From Botryllus schlosseri (taxonomy: Eukaryota): 64,000 nucleotides of DNA. The stretch spans positions 5,520,001-5,584,000 of the forward strand of contig CM119372.1 in NCBI GenBank assembly GCA_051294905.1. The letters are read 5' to 3'. The stretch's first letter is position 1. Every line of letters begins with the position of its first letter. Position numbers and translations under genes: made by a program. Positions 49,401-62,171 of this stretch are shown in pieces. Under the pieces are notes generated by a model that searched no databases, had not been told where the DNA came from, and saw only the letters and a list, made by a program, of their open reading frames with translations.

Positions 49401-50508
49401 GTTGTTAATTCGTGACCTCCGATTTGCTATATAATCAAAAGATATTGTAGTGGCTCAAACGTAGCAGACTAAAAGAAAAACTTTCGTGAGACGCACAAAC
49501 AAATTGTCATGTCTTATATCATGACTGCATGTCTAGCAACTCAAGTTGTAAATTGCTAGGGTCAGTGGCCACATTAACTACAATAGGACTTGAAAACAAT
49601 TTCATCATGGGCAAAAAAGCATTCATTCCGTCAATGCTGCCGTTTCACTTAACAATCAAGTCAAATATCCATTGGTTTGATGGTCAGATAGCGTTGTAAA
49701 ATGTGTTGTAACACCACTTGCTCTTAATTAAGTCCGATGATAAGCAAACTTAAATCTGAGTGCCCATCCAAACGCATTTGAGTGTGAGCATACTTTCTGA
49801 CGTGAGTTGAGTAACGAAATCGTTGCTGAGTAGAGAATCGTTACTCGACAGCAAAGGAATTGGTCTCCACCCTTAATTATAAACTCCAGTTTCCAAGCCA
49901 AGCAAGTGTAATTTTTAATATAAATTTTATGTTTGTTATAGATTTATTTTTTATTATTTTTGTTGGATTTTCCAACGTCAATGGGAGCTGCAAGTAGGCT
50001 AGCTGGGAGCCGTGGTTGGGAATCACTGATCTAGAGAGGATTTTCAAGTTAAATAGACCTCTCGAAAATACTCTATAACTATTTTGGTTTACGAAATACT
50101 TTTTGAGTCCCCTTCGAGCTCGCCCTCCACCCTATTGGGGAATTTGGGGTGCGGCAGTTATGGCCCTGGCAAGAATGCAAATCGTTGGGCGCGATAAATT
50201 GACCTCTATAAAAATGGGCAATAGGTACATTATGACGTAACAAGCAAATGACGCACCTTTTTTAAAGGGAGTTTTTTTTATCTCATTAGGCCTTTTCAGC
50301 GCAATCCATATATTGTCTTCCAGCATAGCTTCTAAGATGTAAAATAAATGTAATCGTGAGTAATCGTGATTATTTTTCCAATGTAATCGTAATCGTAATC
50401 GACTACTTCCTGATTTTGCTGTAATCGTAATCGTAATCGTAATCGCGTCATTAGGAAGTAATCGTAATCGCAATCGATTACATTCACGAAGTAATCACCC
50501 CATGTCTG
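46489..50508. mobile_element. Same-family GATTAC MITE in inverted orientation; contains element 47013-48525 and a SINE
   Basis: Perfect TSD CTCACGAT; inner TAGGGTTACCATA...TATGGCAACCCTA with perfect TSD GCTTAGTT. Confidence 0.88.
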
Positions 50509-51632
50509 CTCACGATTACATTTATTTTGTTTCTTAGAACTAATCTTAGAAGATATATTGTAAGACAATACGAAAGGGCATAAAAGGCATAATAAGATAA
50601 CAACTTTCTATATTCATAATACGTCATTTACCTGTTACATCATAATGTACCCAATGCCCAACTTTATAGGGGACTATTTATCGCACCCACCGATTTGCAT
50701 TCTTGCCAGGTCTGTAACTGCCGCACCCCAAACTCCCGAATAGGGTGGGGAGCGAGCTCGAAGGGGACTCAAAAGTATTTGTAAATTACAGAATATTTTC
50801 GAGAGATTTAATTACCTTGAAAAATTTCTCCGTGCTTTGCGATTTAATGTCTTTAGATAACTTGATTTTGAAATGCAAATGTGTATCTCACAAGAAAAAA
50901 AGCATGCTTAAGTTATAGGTATAGGCATTTCGGTGTCGGTCATTACCGCATCACGAGACACCAAAAGACATATGCAGTTTCGGCCAACATGCGACTCCAC
51001 GAAGTGTGCTACCGAGGCCGAAACTGTGGGTATGTGTCCATTGTCAATGACCGCGCTGGATGGGCGTGACGAATAGTCATGTCCTTCCAATCTGAGCCCC
51101 ACAATACAAATGCCACCGGGGCACCCACAGAGGAATGAAGACATGACAGTTTGTGTGTGCGTCTCACGAAAGTTTTAGTCTGCTACGTTTGGGTGACTGC
51201 AATATATTTTGATTATATAACAGATCGGAGGTCACGAATTAACAACATACAATAAAGCAAAACATAGCAGATGATATAATTATGAATTACGTGCCCCCAG
51301 CTCCACCGGTAAGTATGACAACCGGGGGTTGCAGAGGATTAAAAATGAATAGTAATATAATGCAATTGCCAATATTCTGACGAAATTCAATTGTCAACCT
51401 GAAAATTGACCACCCTATGAGGCTCAAGACCAACGTTTGGAGTGGGGGGCTGAATTGCTGCTTTTTCCTGATTCTAGCTACAACACAAGCTAGCATGGTG
51501 TATAAGCGGATGGCTACGGCGACAGGTCCAAAGTTTTAGTATAGAATTGCGAAATAACGATTGGCACCCGTTTCAGGTAGAGTCATATGAGAAAAAGATA
51601 AAATGAACATAAAATTCTGCCTTCCACCTAAT

Positions 51633-54600
51633 TAGGGCTGGGCACAATGATTCGAGTACTCGAATCTGAATCGAGTATTAATTTTAATGATTCGAGTCGA
51701 GTAGTTAATGACGATTTTTTTCGAGTACTGAAATTAGACGTTCCTTGTCACTGCAAGCTGATTTGCCAACGAAAATTGTAGTTTCGATACCATTTTCCAC
51801 TCTGAAGCCTTGAAACCTTGATTGGCCTATCGCAGCATACGTAAAATATAGTACAAAGCTACGAACGTTCCTGGAAACAGGGCATGGTATGGTATGGTAT
51901 GGTATGGAACGAGAATTTTCCATACTCCATACTTGCCTTACTCGCTCCATACCATACTTGCAATTTTCCATACCATACCAACATTGTTCCATACCATACT
52001 TGATACATATTCCATACTTTCAAATACTAAAATATCGTAAGTATATTTCCTTTTCTGGCACCTATATTATTGATATTTCGGATGTCAATATTGCTTAAAC
52101 TAGCCATGATGTGAATCTAATTCCTGGTAATAGTTTTACAGAGTCTGTTTTGGTGAGGTTTAGTCCACGGTGGTGTGGTGCTGTGTAAGTCTACTCTATA
52201 GCTTCCGCGAGCAAAATGAGATAGTCAGCAGATTGTTATCTAGGACCGTCCATAAAAGGGTCAGGAAACATACGGCCCGCGACGAGATTTTGTCCGGCCC
52301 GTGGACAGTTTCCCGTCTTACATGATAATGTGGCCTGCGGCCCCAGTCAGCCGAGATTCCCCACCACTTCCTTAAACGTAAAATTTTAGTGACTGCGTAT
52401 GTAATTGTATAGGTGCGAGAGTGGAGCTTACGCGTAAGTTCGTCGAAGCGAGAAGACTTGCATTATCGGCATTTATGATGTACTCAACCCTATATCTTGG
52501 TGAATTTTGGGTACCAGAGTTATGAAACGCTTTGAAATCTTAATTAATCAGAGAGAAGCAAACATGGCTACGCCTGTATGACAATGCTGCTTTCAAATCC
52601 ACATTGTATTATCATTATCGGCGAGAAATGGTTTTGAAGCGACATTGCTGTCGATAAAATACATTCATTAAATACGATTTATTCCTTGTATATATATACG
52701 CGAATAATGTAACCATTCAGCAATCCGGCTTGCCAAGTACTTAATTTTCCTATATCCGGCCCACCGACTGGCGAGGTTGCCCGCCCCTGCTCCATAAGAA
52801 TATCATCGCATTTCCGCTACATTGGCATGATGCACATGCAAGTTTGAAGTAAATACTCGCAAAATAATTTATAATATAGGCGCACCCATAAAATACCCCA
52901 GCTAACAGGCTATCAGTACTGCAGCGATCTGCGTGATTATCAGTACAGCATGTGATTGGAGTGGCGAGAATTTCAAACTATGTCACCCCAATACCTAATT
53001 TATAATCCTAATAATAGAGCGTTTGAAATATGACCAATAAGATATCTCGGTATGTAAATAGTGTAAATGTGCGGAGCGGACAATGTTTCAGAAGAAATGT
53101 AATCATCAATCGCATTGAGCAATTAGTACAGTGGTTCCCAACCTTTTTCATCTCGTGCCTCCCTTGACCGAAATTTAAGTCCAAATTCCCCCCTTAGGAG
53201 AAATCTGCCCGATGATTAAAAAAGGTCATTTTTACCGCTCAAACACCTGTCGACTGAGAGAATAAGACGGGCGGTACCGAGTGTTTGTTTCTAGCAGGGC
53301 TGTAACAACACTTTGGAGACAATGGTCTTGGTCCCAATCAAACAAATTCTGGAAGGCTTGACTCAACAGACCCCCACATACTTCCATTTGTGTTTTCGGC
53401 TTACCATGCACCAATCGCTAATATAACTGCTGTGAAAAATCAGTATCCATAAATTTACTGGTCTCGCGATTTTTTTTCTCAAGTTTGCGTATGCATTTGG
53501 TCAATAATATTAGTACTTTCATATATAGCAGGGTTGACCAGACTCGAGTCACCATTTTCTGATTACTCGACGTGACTCAAATTATGGAAACGACTCGACT
53601 CGACTTGAGACAATCTGTGTATTGACTCGACTTGGACTCGAGTCATTCTGCATGACTCGAACCAAGCCATATGACTCGAGACTATAAGACGGCCAAGACC
53701 GACATTTCATTGTAATTTCGAAGAACAGTAAAGTGACCACCCAATTGGAATTTCGTCTATTGATCCTGGTTCTTGAAACTGCGACAAGAAACTGCTCAAA
53801 GTGAGGAAAATTAGTATATTATAAATTCAAATCATTCAATATCACCAAACAGAGTTGTAAAAAGTGGGCTTAACAAGACTTCAACTGGAAACTGAGCCGT
53901 CAACACAATGACTTGGACTCGGACTCAAGTCATAATACCATGACTCGAACCCGACCCTCTGCTTGGTGACTTGGACTCGGACTTGACTCAATGGTGAATT
54001 GAAAATGACTCGACTTGACTCGAGTCAAAACTATGAAAGTGAGATTGACTTGTGACTCGGAGCCTCGTAACTTGGTTGCAGCTCTGAGATATAACATGCA
54101 CGTGATCAGATTTCCTGCTGGAGCTCGTTGATATTTAGGACACCCATTACGTTTCGGCAACATTGCACCAAGCTTAACATGCCTTTTTTGATCGGGTAGC
54201 TGTTCACTAAGAATAAAGCAAGGCTAGCGATATCTTTGACTTGAATCGATGACGTTGGAATATTTTGTCACTGTCTGAAAATGTTGACTTGAAAATATAA
54301 GATAAATACTTTCACCGGAGGCCTTGTGATAGATTCGGCACGAAATTTTCTCGCTTAGTAATATTTGATTGAGAGGCCGTCGCTGGCCTACAAAATTGTC
54401 CGGCGAACTGCAGCACATCTGAACTAGTTAAAAAAAACAAGGGGGCATTTGTATGTGGAAAAGAGATTTCAAATAGCATTTGAACATACTTTCATCAAAT
54501 AAAAACAGCTATAAGGAGCATACGTTCGGATATAACTGGTTGACTACATGACAGTTCGGACATGAACAATTTGAGAAATCTGTTACAAGTCTAAAGCGGA

Positions 54601-57100
54601 ATTCCTCCCTAAAAATTGCAAAATTCCCCCCAAGGGGGGAATTCCTCCCCGGTTGGGAACCACTGAATTAGTACGTTGCATCATGATTGCTTGTGAGCTG
54701 TCGTCACTCAAGGAATGAAGTATAGTTGGAGTTGCCTACATTGCCAATTATTGCGTCACATGATAGACTATGCTCGGAGACGTCATCTCTAGACTCAATA
54801 GAATATCAGATCAACATTACTGTTGTCATTATTATATCACAAAATCATGTCATTTCAAGTGCTCCTAAAACCGTTGCACAAGCGCGTATTTGTACCTATA
54901 CATCGTTTAATAGTTCACGCACGTTCACACATAACAAAAGTGATCGTATTGAGTTAGCAGCGACGATTCATGAAGCTTGCACAGATCACGATAAAATACC
55001 AAAGTATGGAAATGTCGTTCCATACCATAGATTAAAATCTTCCATTCCATACCATACTTGCATTCTTCCATATTCCATACCAAAATATCGATCCATACCA
55101 TACCATACTTCCATACCATACCATACCATACCATGCCCTGCCTGGAAATAACATATTTCCGAAGTCATGGTCGTCCCACAACATTGTCACGAGGTGCAAC
55201 GAAATCGGTATGGTCGGAAAAGCACCAAAGCATATTTGCCAGACATGGGGTAATCGCGATTAGTAATCGTAATCGATTACGACGATTACAGCATTTTCAA
55301 GTAATCGTAATCGCAATCGATTACATTCGAAAAAATTCCGAAGTAATCGTAATCGTAATCGACTACTTCCCATATCTAATCGATTTCTTTGTGAAAGAAC
55401 GGTTACTTTTTATTTGTACAAGGACTATGAAATGAACTGAATATTCGAGAACAAGGAAGAGATGTTATACCAGTTACGTGATAGCACAAACGTCTGATTT
55501 TCAAATGTCATTGCCCATTATTACGTCAGAGGTAGCCTATTAGCTTTGCTAGTCATTGCGTACCACAGTAAATAGATATTCGATGTACCTACATTAGTGT
55601 GATTGTAAGAACAGCCGCTGTGCTGTTTATCAGCTTATCAACACGTCTCACACGCCATAGTACCCTGCAGCAGGATAATTAATCACCACTTTTCCTAGTT
55701 TAAAATGGTCAGATTTACGTCTGGTATCTTTTTATAATTACTTTAGTGTATGTTGTTAATTCAAGGCCTCCGGTCTGTTATATAACCAAAAGACATTGTT
55801 GTATCCCAAACGTAGCAGACTAAAAGAAAAAAAAACTTTTGTGAGACGCACACACAAATTGTCATGTCTTTAATGTTCTGTGGGTGCCCGGGAGTGGCAT
55901 TTGCATTGTGGATACAGATTGGAAGGACCAGACTATTAGTCACGACCACCAAGCGCGGCTATTGACAATGGGCACATACCCTAAGTTTCGGCCAAGGTCT
56001 TTCTTTAGTAGCACACTTCGTGAAGTCGCGTGTTGGTCGAAACTGCATGTGTGTCGTGGCACGGTATTGACTGGAACCTAAATGCCCATTACTATAAATT
56101 AGGGGTGCTTTTAGAACAAAATCAATTTAAAGCAAACATGTTTAAAAGAAGGCCCTTGTTTAAAACATGTTTTTTATTGATTTATTTTTTAAGCCATGAC
56201 GTCACGAATGTGGATTGACATTGACAATTGAAAATATAGGGGAAATATAGCTCCTTTGACGAAATATCTTTAATATAATTGTTGAACCGACTATTTTGAG
56301 GGGTTCCAACCCTCCTATATCGATGTATGTCGGCTACATCGGGTGGCAATTGTCCGTAGGCTCATACAGCATGTTTTTTCGAAAGCATTTACACAAATAT
56401 GGCATAATTTTACAACTTGAAAAAACACAATTTTTAAGTTATTTAAATCTCTCAAAAATACTCTATGATTTATGTAGGTTTACGAAATACTTTTGAGTCC
56501 CCTTCTAGCTCGCTCCCCGCCCTATTGGGAAATTTGGGATTGGCACTGGGCAGTCATGAACCTGGCAAGAATGCAAATCGTTGGGTGCGATAAATCGTCC
56601 ACTATAAAAATGGGCATGGGCAATATGTACATTATGACGTAACAAGCAAATGACGCAGCTTTTTAAAGGAAGTTTGTTATCTCATTAGGCGTTTTCAGCG
56701 CAATCCATATATTGTCTTCCAATAAAAATTCTAACATGCAAAATAAATGTAATCGTGAGTAATCGTGATTACTTTTCCAATGTAATCGTAATCGTAATCG
56801 ACTACTTCCCGATTTTGCTGTAATCGTAATCGTAATCGTAATCGCGTCATTCAGAAGTAATCGTAATCGCAATCGATTACATTCATGAAGTAATCACCCT
56901 GATGTCACCTGAAGTAATCACCTGATGTGATGCATAACAGGCATTATATTTTTTGTGGTGGCATAAAAGATACCTATTTGAACTTGGACATCTTACATAC
57001 TGTTATGACGTCATGATTAGTGATACTCGATTACTCGACTCGACTCGAAGCATAATACGTGATTCAGAATCGAATCACCCAGGTACTCGAATTTGCCCTA
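51633..57100. mobile_element. TAGGGC-TIR hAT MITE containing 51878-55140 and 55240-56906
   Basis: Perfect TSD CACCTAAT; homologous to 28224-28746. Confidence 0.85.
51878..55140. mobile_element. (GGTAT)n-array hAT MITE containing 52256-52789 and 53129-54665
   Basis: TIR CAGGGCATGGTATGG, perfect TSD CCTGGAAA; inner 53129-54665 has perfect TSD AATTAGTA and itself contains 53529-54086. Confidence 0.9.
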
Positions 57101-58586
57101 CACCTAATACAGATAATGTAAGCTTCCATTACGAGAAACGGCAAACAGCGGCTCGGTTATGATATATATCAGCAGCTGTTGGTTTCTAATGCTTCATTGA
57201 GGAAATCGCAATGTTTATTTCATTTGTCGAGTACAAAATTTCAAATCATAGGTCTACTTCCCGTCAAGCAACAACGGTCGAGCTGCATGTAGGCTGACTA
57301 TATTAATATAACCAGACATCAATACATAAGTTACTATTTGAAACTGTAGGCAGAGTGGTGATTATTATCCTGCTGCGAGGTAATGGAGTCTGGAGTGTAT
57401 TGATAACCTGATATACAACATTGCCATCACACACTATTACATCGTATATCTATTTACAATGTGTGGATACTTCTTACGCAATGGTGAGTAAATCTAATGC
57501 TTCTGACGTAATAATGAGCAGTGTCGTTTGAAAATCAGACTTTTGTGCAATCACTGAACCTGATATAATACCTCTTCCTTGTTCACGAATGATCAGTTTA
57601 TGTCATAGTCCCGTAAAAATAAAAAGTAATCGTTCTTTCACAAAGAAATCGATTAAATATGGGAAGTAGTCGATTACGATTACGATTACTTCGGAATTTT
57701 CTCGAATGTAATCGATTGCGATTACGATTACTTGAAAATGCTGTAATCGTCGTAATCGATTATGATTACTAATCGCGATTACCCCATGTCTGCTTGCAAT
57801 ATTACTTACAAAAGTACAACAGTCACTTTATTAGTTTCATAAGAAAAACTACGAAATCTTCAGTCATTGGATTTTGTAAAGTAGAAAGTAGTTTGGCACC
57901 GTTCTGTCACATTTTTCAGTGGAATTGTCCTGGTGACTGGACAAAATAGCCCTGTACCACGTTAACTGAATACAGTTTCGAAGACGTTAGTTTTGGCAAA
58001 TATATAGTGCCGTCAGTCATTTGGCGTCAGTCCAAAGTAGCCACCTCCGATTAACAGCGAAACTTTTGCGCCCCCTCGACCAAATCTAAAAGATTGAGAA
58101 CCACGGGCTTCAAGTTTACCCAATAGGCTACTCTGTCATATTGTGCTACAACATACTAGGCTTCATCAAAAATTATTTTATAAAAATATTGGTCTGTTGC
58201 TGTCATACGCTCACCGAAAGTTCTCTAACGAAGATCCAAATTTGCTTCATTCATGAAATTCAGCAATATTCACAGCGAAAAATTCCGATATGATAAAGTA
58301 ATTATGAGCTCGGAATTGGATTCAGCAACCACTAAGTATCCTGTATCAATCATCAAAATTTTCGGCGCAAAACTTTTTGGAATTTTGTTGACCAATGTAA
58401 TTCATGCATCGACTTAGAGTAGTTGGTATAGCATATATAATAAGGGCCTATGGTTGTACTGGTGACATTGGTGAATCTGATCTCAGTTTAAGCCTTAATG
58501 GACATGTTGATTTCATTTTATTCGCTTGATCTCATCGTTTCTTTAATTTGAACTGCACTTAACAGCTGGCAATGTGTACTCGACAG

Positions 58587-58856
58587 ATGATCTTTCGTTT
58601 TCCGGGGAGGATGATAGTGGATGTAAAATTATTCCGCTTGGAGATAGTGAACACAATACGCAGTGTACGTCCGCATCACAACAAAATGTATCGTGGTGGC
58701 ATGAAGACACGCGGGTGTCCAAGTATACCTCAGGGGAAGCTGTTCAACAACTGGACGGTCGGATTTACTTTTACGACTACGCGACTGTCGACGATTCTGG
58801 TGATTACTACTGCAAATCTGATTCAGATGAAAAGCTATTGCAAGTCTACATTGTAA
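58587..58856 (+). CDS. Unit D Ig-domain exon (closest to unit B)
   Basis: ctcgacag|ATGAT acceptor, GTAA|gtaagt donor, 270 nt; 250/270 nt identical to exon B by manual alignment. Confidence 0.9.
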   Translation: MIFRFPGRMIVDVKLFRLEIVNTIRSVRPHHNKMYRGGMKTRGCPSIPQGKLFNNWTVGFTFTTTRLSTILVITTANLIQMKSYCKSTL

Positions 58857-58988
58857 GTAAGTAAATAGGACAGACCCCCTTTATATAAAGTTGAAATTTT
58901 TAACGGCACGAGAGGTTGAGCGTATTGGTATGGAACAGTCTTTCAAAGAATTTCGCTACATTTTCACTACTTTCACTGTCACTCACAG

Positions 58989-59075
58989 ATGTAACGGATA
59001 CGACGACAGAGGACTTGTGTGCTCCTGATGCTCATACGTTTACTGGTGCCACTACTGATGTTTCGACACACGCAG
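58989..59075 (+). CDS. Unit D stalk exon (NVTDTTTEDLCAPDAHTFTGATTDVSTHA)
   Basis: cactcacag| acceptor, GCAG|gtatta donor, 87 nt like stalk B. Confidence 0.75.
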
Positions 59076-59622
59076 GTATTATTGTGTGGATTCATTGTAT
59101 TAATCATGGTGATAAAGGTTGGGCGACATACAACAACCAAAATTATATTCAAAAAAAGACCTCATTGAAATCAAATATACCCTGATTGAACGCCATATTT
59201 ACTCCAGCCTTTGACTGCATCAAAGGTTGTGTTGCTGCAAATACCAAATATGTTATGCGACAACCCCTTTGGAAATTGGTCAAATTAGAGGACACAGATG
59301 TGTATGTGTACGTCCACGACATGACGATTTTCGTGAGAGTTTACCGACAACCTGTAGTTGTGCCAGACATAAGTCCTGGTGCGGACCACAGATGGTTTGG
59401 ATTCGTTTGAAAAGGAACGTTTATAAAAGGTTCATTGGGAACTTGACGTGAATACAAACATATGGCGTCACATTGCCAATTCCAAACGCTGCTAATTATG
59501 ATATGCTAGGGTTACCATATGTCCTCGTTTAGGAGCATTTTTCCTCATTTTTCATGTTATTTAAAATGTCCTCCGAGGACGCCTAAATGTCCTCATTTTT
59601 TGCAATTCATCATCCTGTAGAG

Positions 59623-62171
59623 CAGTGGTTCTTAACCTTGCCGCCAGCGCCCCCCAGGTGACGCTGTGAGGATTTCAGGGGGCGGAAACTATCAGGGGGC
59701 GATATAGGGGGCGGAAAGACTCAGGGGGCGCTAAGGGGGGCGGAAAGACTGAAAAAGTAATATGACATTTCAACACTGCAAATTGCTTATATAGTTGAAA
59801 TGAGTGCATATATGGTTGACCGAGGGTCAATTGGGTACAATCAAGATACTGTTATTGAAGTGTAACTGTGTTACGGCCTGCTAGTAATTTGATCTTTAGC
59901 ACGTCTTGCCTGGCATAATCATCTTTCCAGTTGCGTCATAATCTGCAGTGTCTGGTCTTATGTTGAGCTCAGTTGCTTTATACACAACGTTAGTTGCCTG
60001 TTATATGCCAGTGGAACAAATGGTAAACTACTGGAAACGTGAGGTGCCGAAATGTTTTGCATACGTTGGCGTATTTCTTCGTCATTACCAATTGAAAGTT
60101 AGTATATAAACTGTAGCATTGACTTATATTTATCACTGTTAGCTCAGTTGATTTAACTAATAATTACCAAATCTGAGATGAGTATTCAAAAGCGGAAATG
60201 CCGTCAATACGCGAAGGAATACCTAAAATATGGTGCAATTCCATCTTTGGACAATGAACAATTACCGATGTGTTTAATATGCGAGAAAACGTTTACGAAT
60301 GAAGGTATGAAGCCTTCCAGAATGATGGATCATTTGAAGACTAGGCATCCAGAAAAAGCCAACAAGGATATCGGATATTTTCGGATTCTGAAAGCAAAAT
60401 TTGAAAAACGTCTTACTGTTGGGTGTCTAATAAAGTTATCCAGAAAGGAAGTTGAGCAAGGACTTATTGTATCTTACAAAATATCAAAGCTCATTGCAAA
60501 ATGTGGATTATCGCACACCATTGGTGAGCGTCTCATTATACCAGCTGTTAAAGAAATCATCAGTACCATGATGAGCTATCAAAAAGATGTTACAAGTTCA
60601 ATTCCATTGAGTAATAGCACTGTGTCTTCCCGAATAGACGAAATGGCAAATGACGTTGAAAATAAACTCTGTAGTGAACTCAAAACAACGCAATTTTCCC
60701 TGCAACTTGACGAGACAACGCTACGCGATAACCAAGCTTTGATTATGGGCTATGTGCGCTATGTTAGCTCCACTTTTCAAATTGTAGAAGAGTTTCTGTT
60801 TGCGGAGCAATTAGAGGTCGACACCAAAGGCTCGACGATTTATAAGACAGTCGAAAATTTTTTCAAGCAGAAACATATCCCCATGTCGAATATCATTGCG
60901 TGTGCAACAGATGGCGCACCATCAATGGTTGGGGGGCATCGAAGATTCATTGCACATTTGAAAAGAGAAGTTCCTGACATATTCACGATACACTGCGTCA
61001 TTCACAGACAACAGCTAGCAGCAAAGCACCTCAGCGACAGAATACATGAGACCCTGCAGGTTGTTGTTAGAGCCGTGAACTAGATCAAAGCTCATTCATT
61101 GATTGACCGCATATTTCGCAAGCTTTGTCATGACAATGACGAAGAATTTGAGCGGCTCCTGCTTCATACAGAGGTCCGGTGGCTCTCAAAAAGCCACGCT
61201 TCTATGACCTTTTCGATTCTGTTATCGATTTCATCAACCTTAAAATTTTGGATCAGACAGTTAGCTCCGATTTGAAGAGCAGAAGGGCAGACGTCGCGTA
61301 TTTGTCCGAAATTTTCAGCAAGTTAAATGAGGTCAACAGGAAATTGCAAGGTACCAAGATGTGTCTCATCAAAGCAAAGGGAATTGTTATGGCATTCATT
61401 AGCAAATTGGATTTTTACCGGGCTTGTTTACTGAGGCATGATTTGACTCAATTTCCTAAATTGAAAGCCTTGCAAAGAAAACCAAATCGACGATTCACAT
61501 GTGACAGAGCCTGACTTAGACTGCTATTCGTGTCATTCGCAATCACTAAAAGAAGATCTGATGATCAGATTCATAGATCTCAAAGAGCTAAAGATACAAG
61601 AATGGGTAATAAATCCATTCAAATCTGAAGTAAACAATTGTGATGCTAGTGTAGCTGAAGAACTTATTGACTTGAAAAATGACTTTGAGAGTGAAGTGTT
61701 GTTTCAGCAGATTGGGTATGAAGATTTCTGGCCTAGGAAACAAGTTGAATATCCTCGTCTTTGGGATATAACCAAGGTATTGCTGTTAGCATTTCCGTCG
61801 TCATATCTGGTAAAGAAAGGCTTCAGTTCGGTATTGCATCTACTAACGAAGCAAAGAAATAAATTGCAAATATCTAGAAGAGGTGATCTGAGACTATGTC
61901 TATCTAGTATTGAGCCTGACATAGCTCAGTTCGCTAACTCACACCAAGCTGAAGGCAGTCACTAAAGACATTCCTCCTATTTCTGAATTGTGAATAAATT
62001 TCGTTTTGTAGAATTTCCTAATTGTATTAAGCTGTGTATTATGATATGCGGAATCCGATGCAGCTCCCAAGTATTGCGTATCATATTTTTTGCAGTCTTG
62101 ATAGTGCAGGGGTGTTAAAGTTTAGGGATCTGTAAAAAGGCCGCTTTGGCAGAAAAGTTTAAGAACCACGG
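59623..62171 (+). mobile_element. Buster/Charlie-type hAT transposon, near full length
   Basis: TIR CAGTGGTTCTTAACCT / AGTTTAAGAACCACGG; TSD CTGTAGAG/ATGTAGAA with central TA; G-rich subterminal repeats; transposase inside. Confidence 0.88.
60178..61965 (+). pseudogene. hAT Buster/ZBED5-like transposase pseudogene
   Basis: BED finger (CLIC..H....H), LDETT, ATDGAPSM, HCVIH, TEVRWLS and AFPSSYLV..GFS dimerisation motif; in-frame TAG at 61081 and frameshifts near 61190 and 61500. Confidence 0.92.

Larger units (their letters stand above)
46339..57792. mobile_element. GATTAC-array hAT MITE (CAGACATGGGG TIR) expanded to 11.4 kb by nested insertions
   Basis: Outer TIRs at 46339 and 57792 (TSD not matched); the internal sequence resumes collinearly after each nested element. 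Confidence 0.7.

Noticed and set aside
50132..50568. ORFs with ITITIT/RLRLRL/DYDYDY or MVWYG repeats (also 46509, 51705, 54925, 56663)
   Set aside because: Translations of MITE microsatellite-like arrays.
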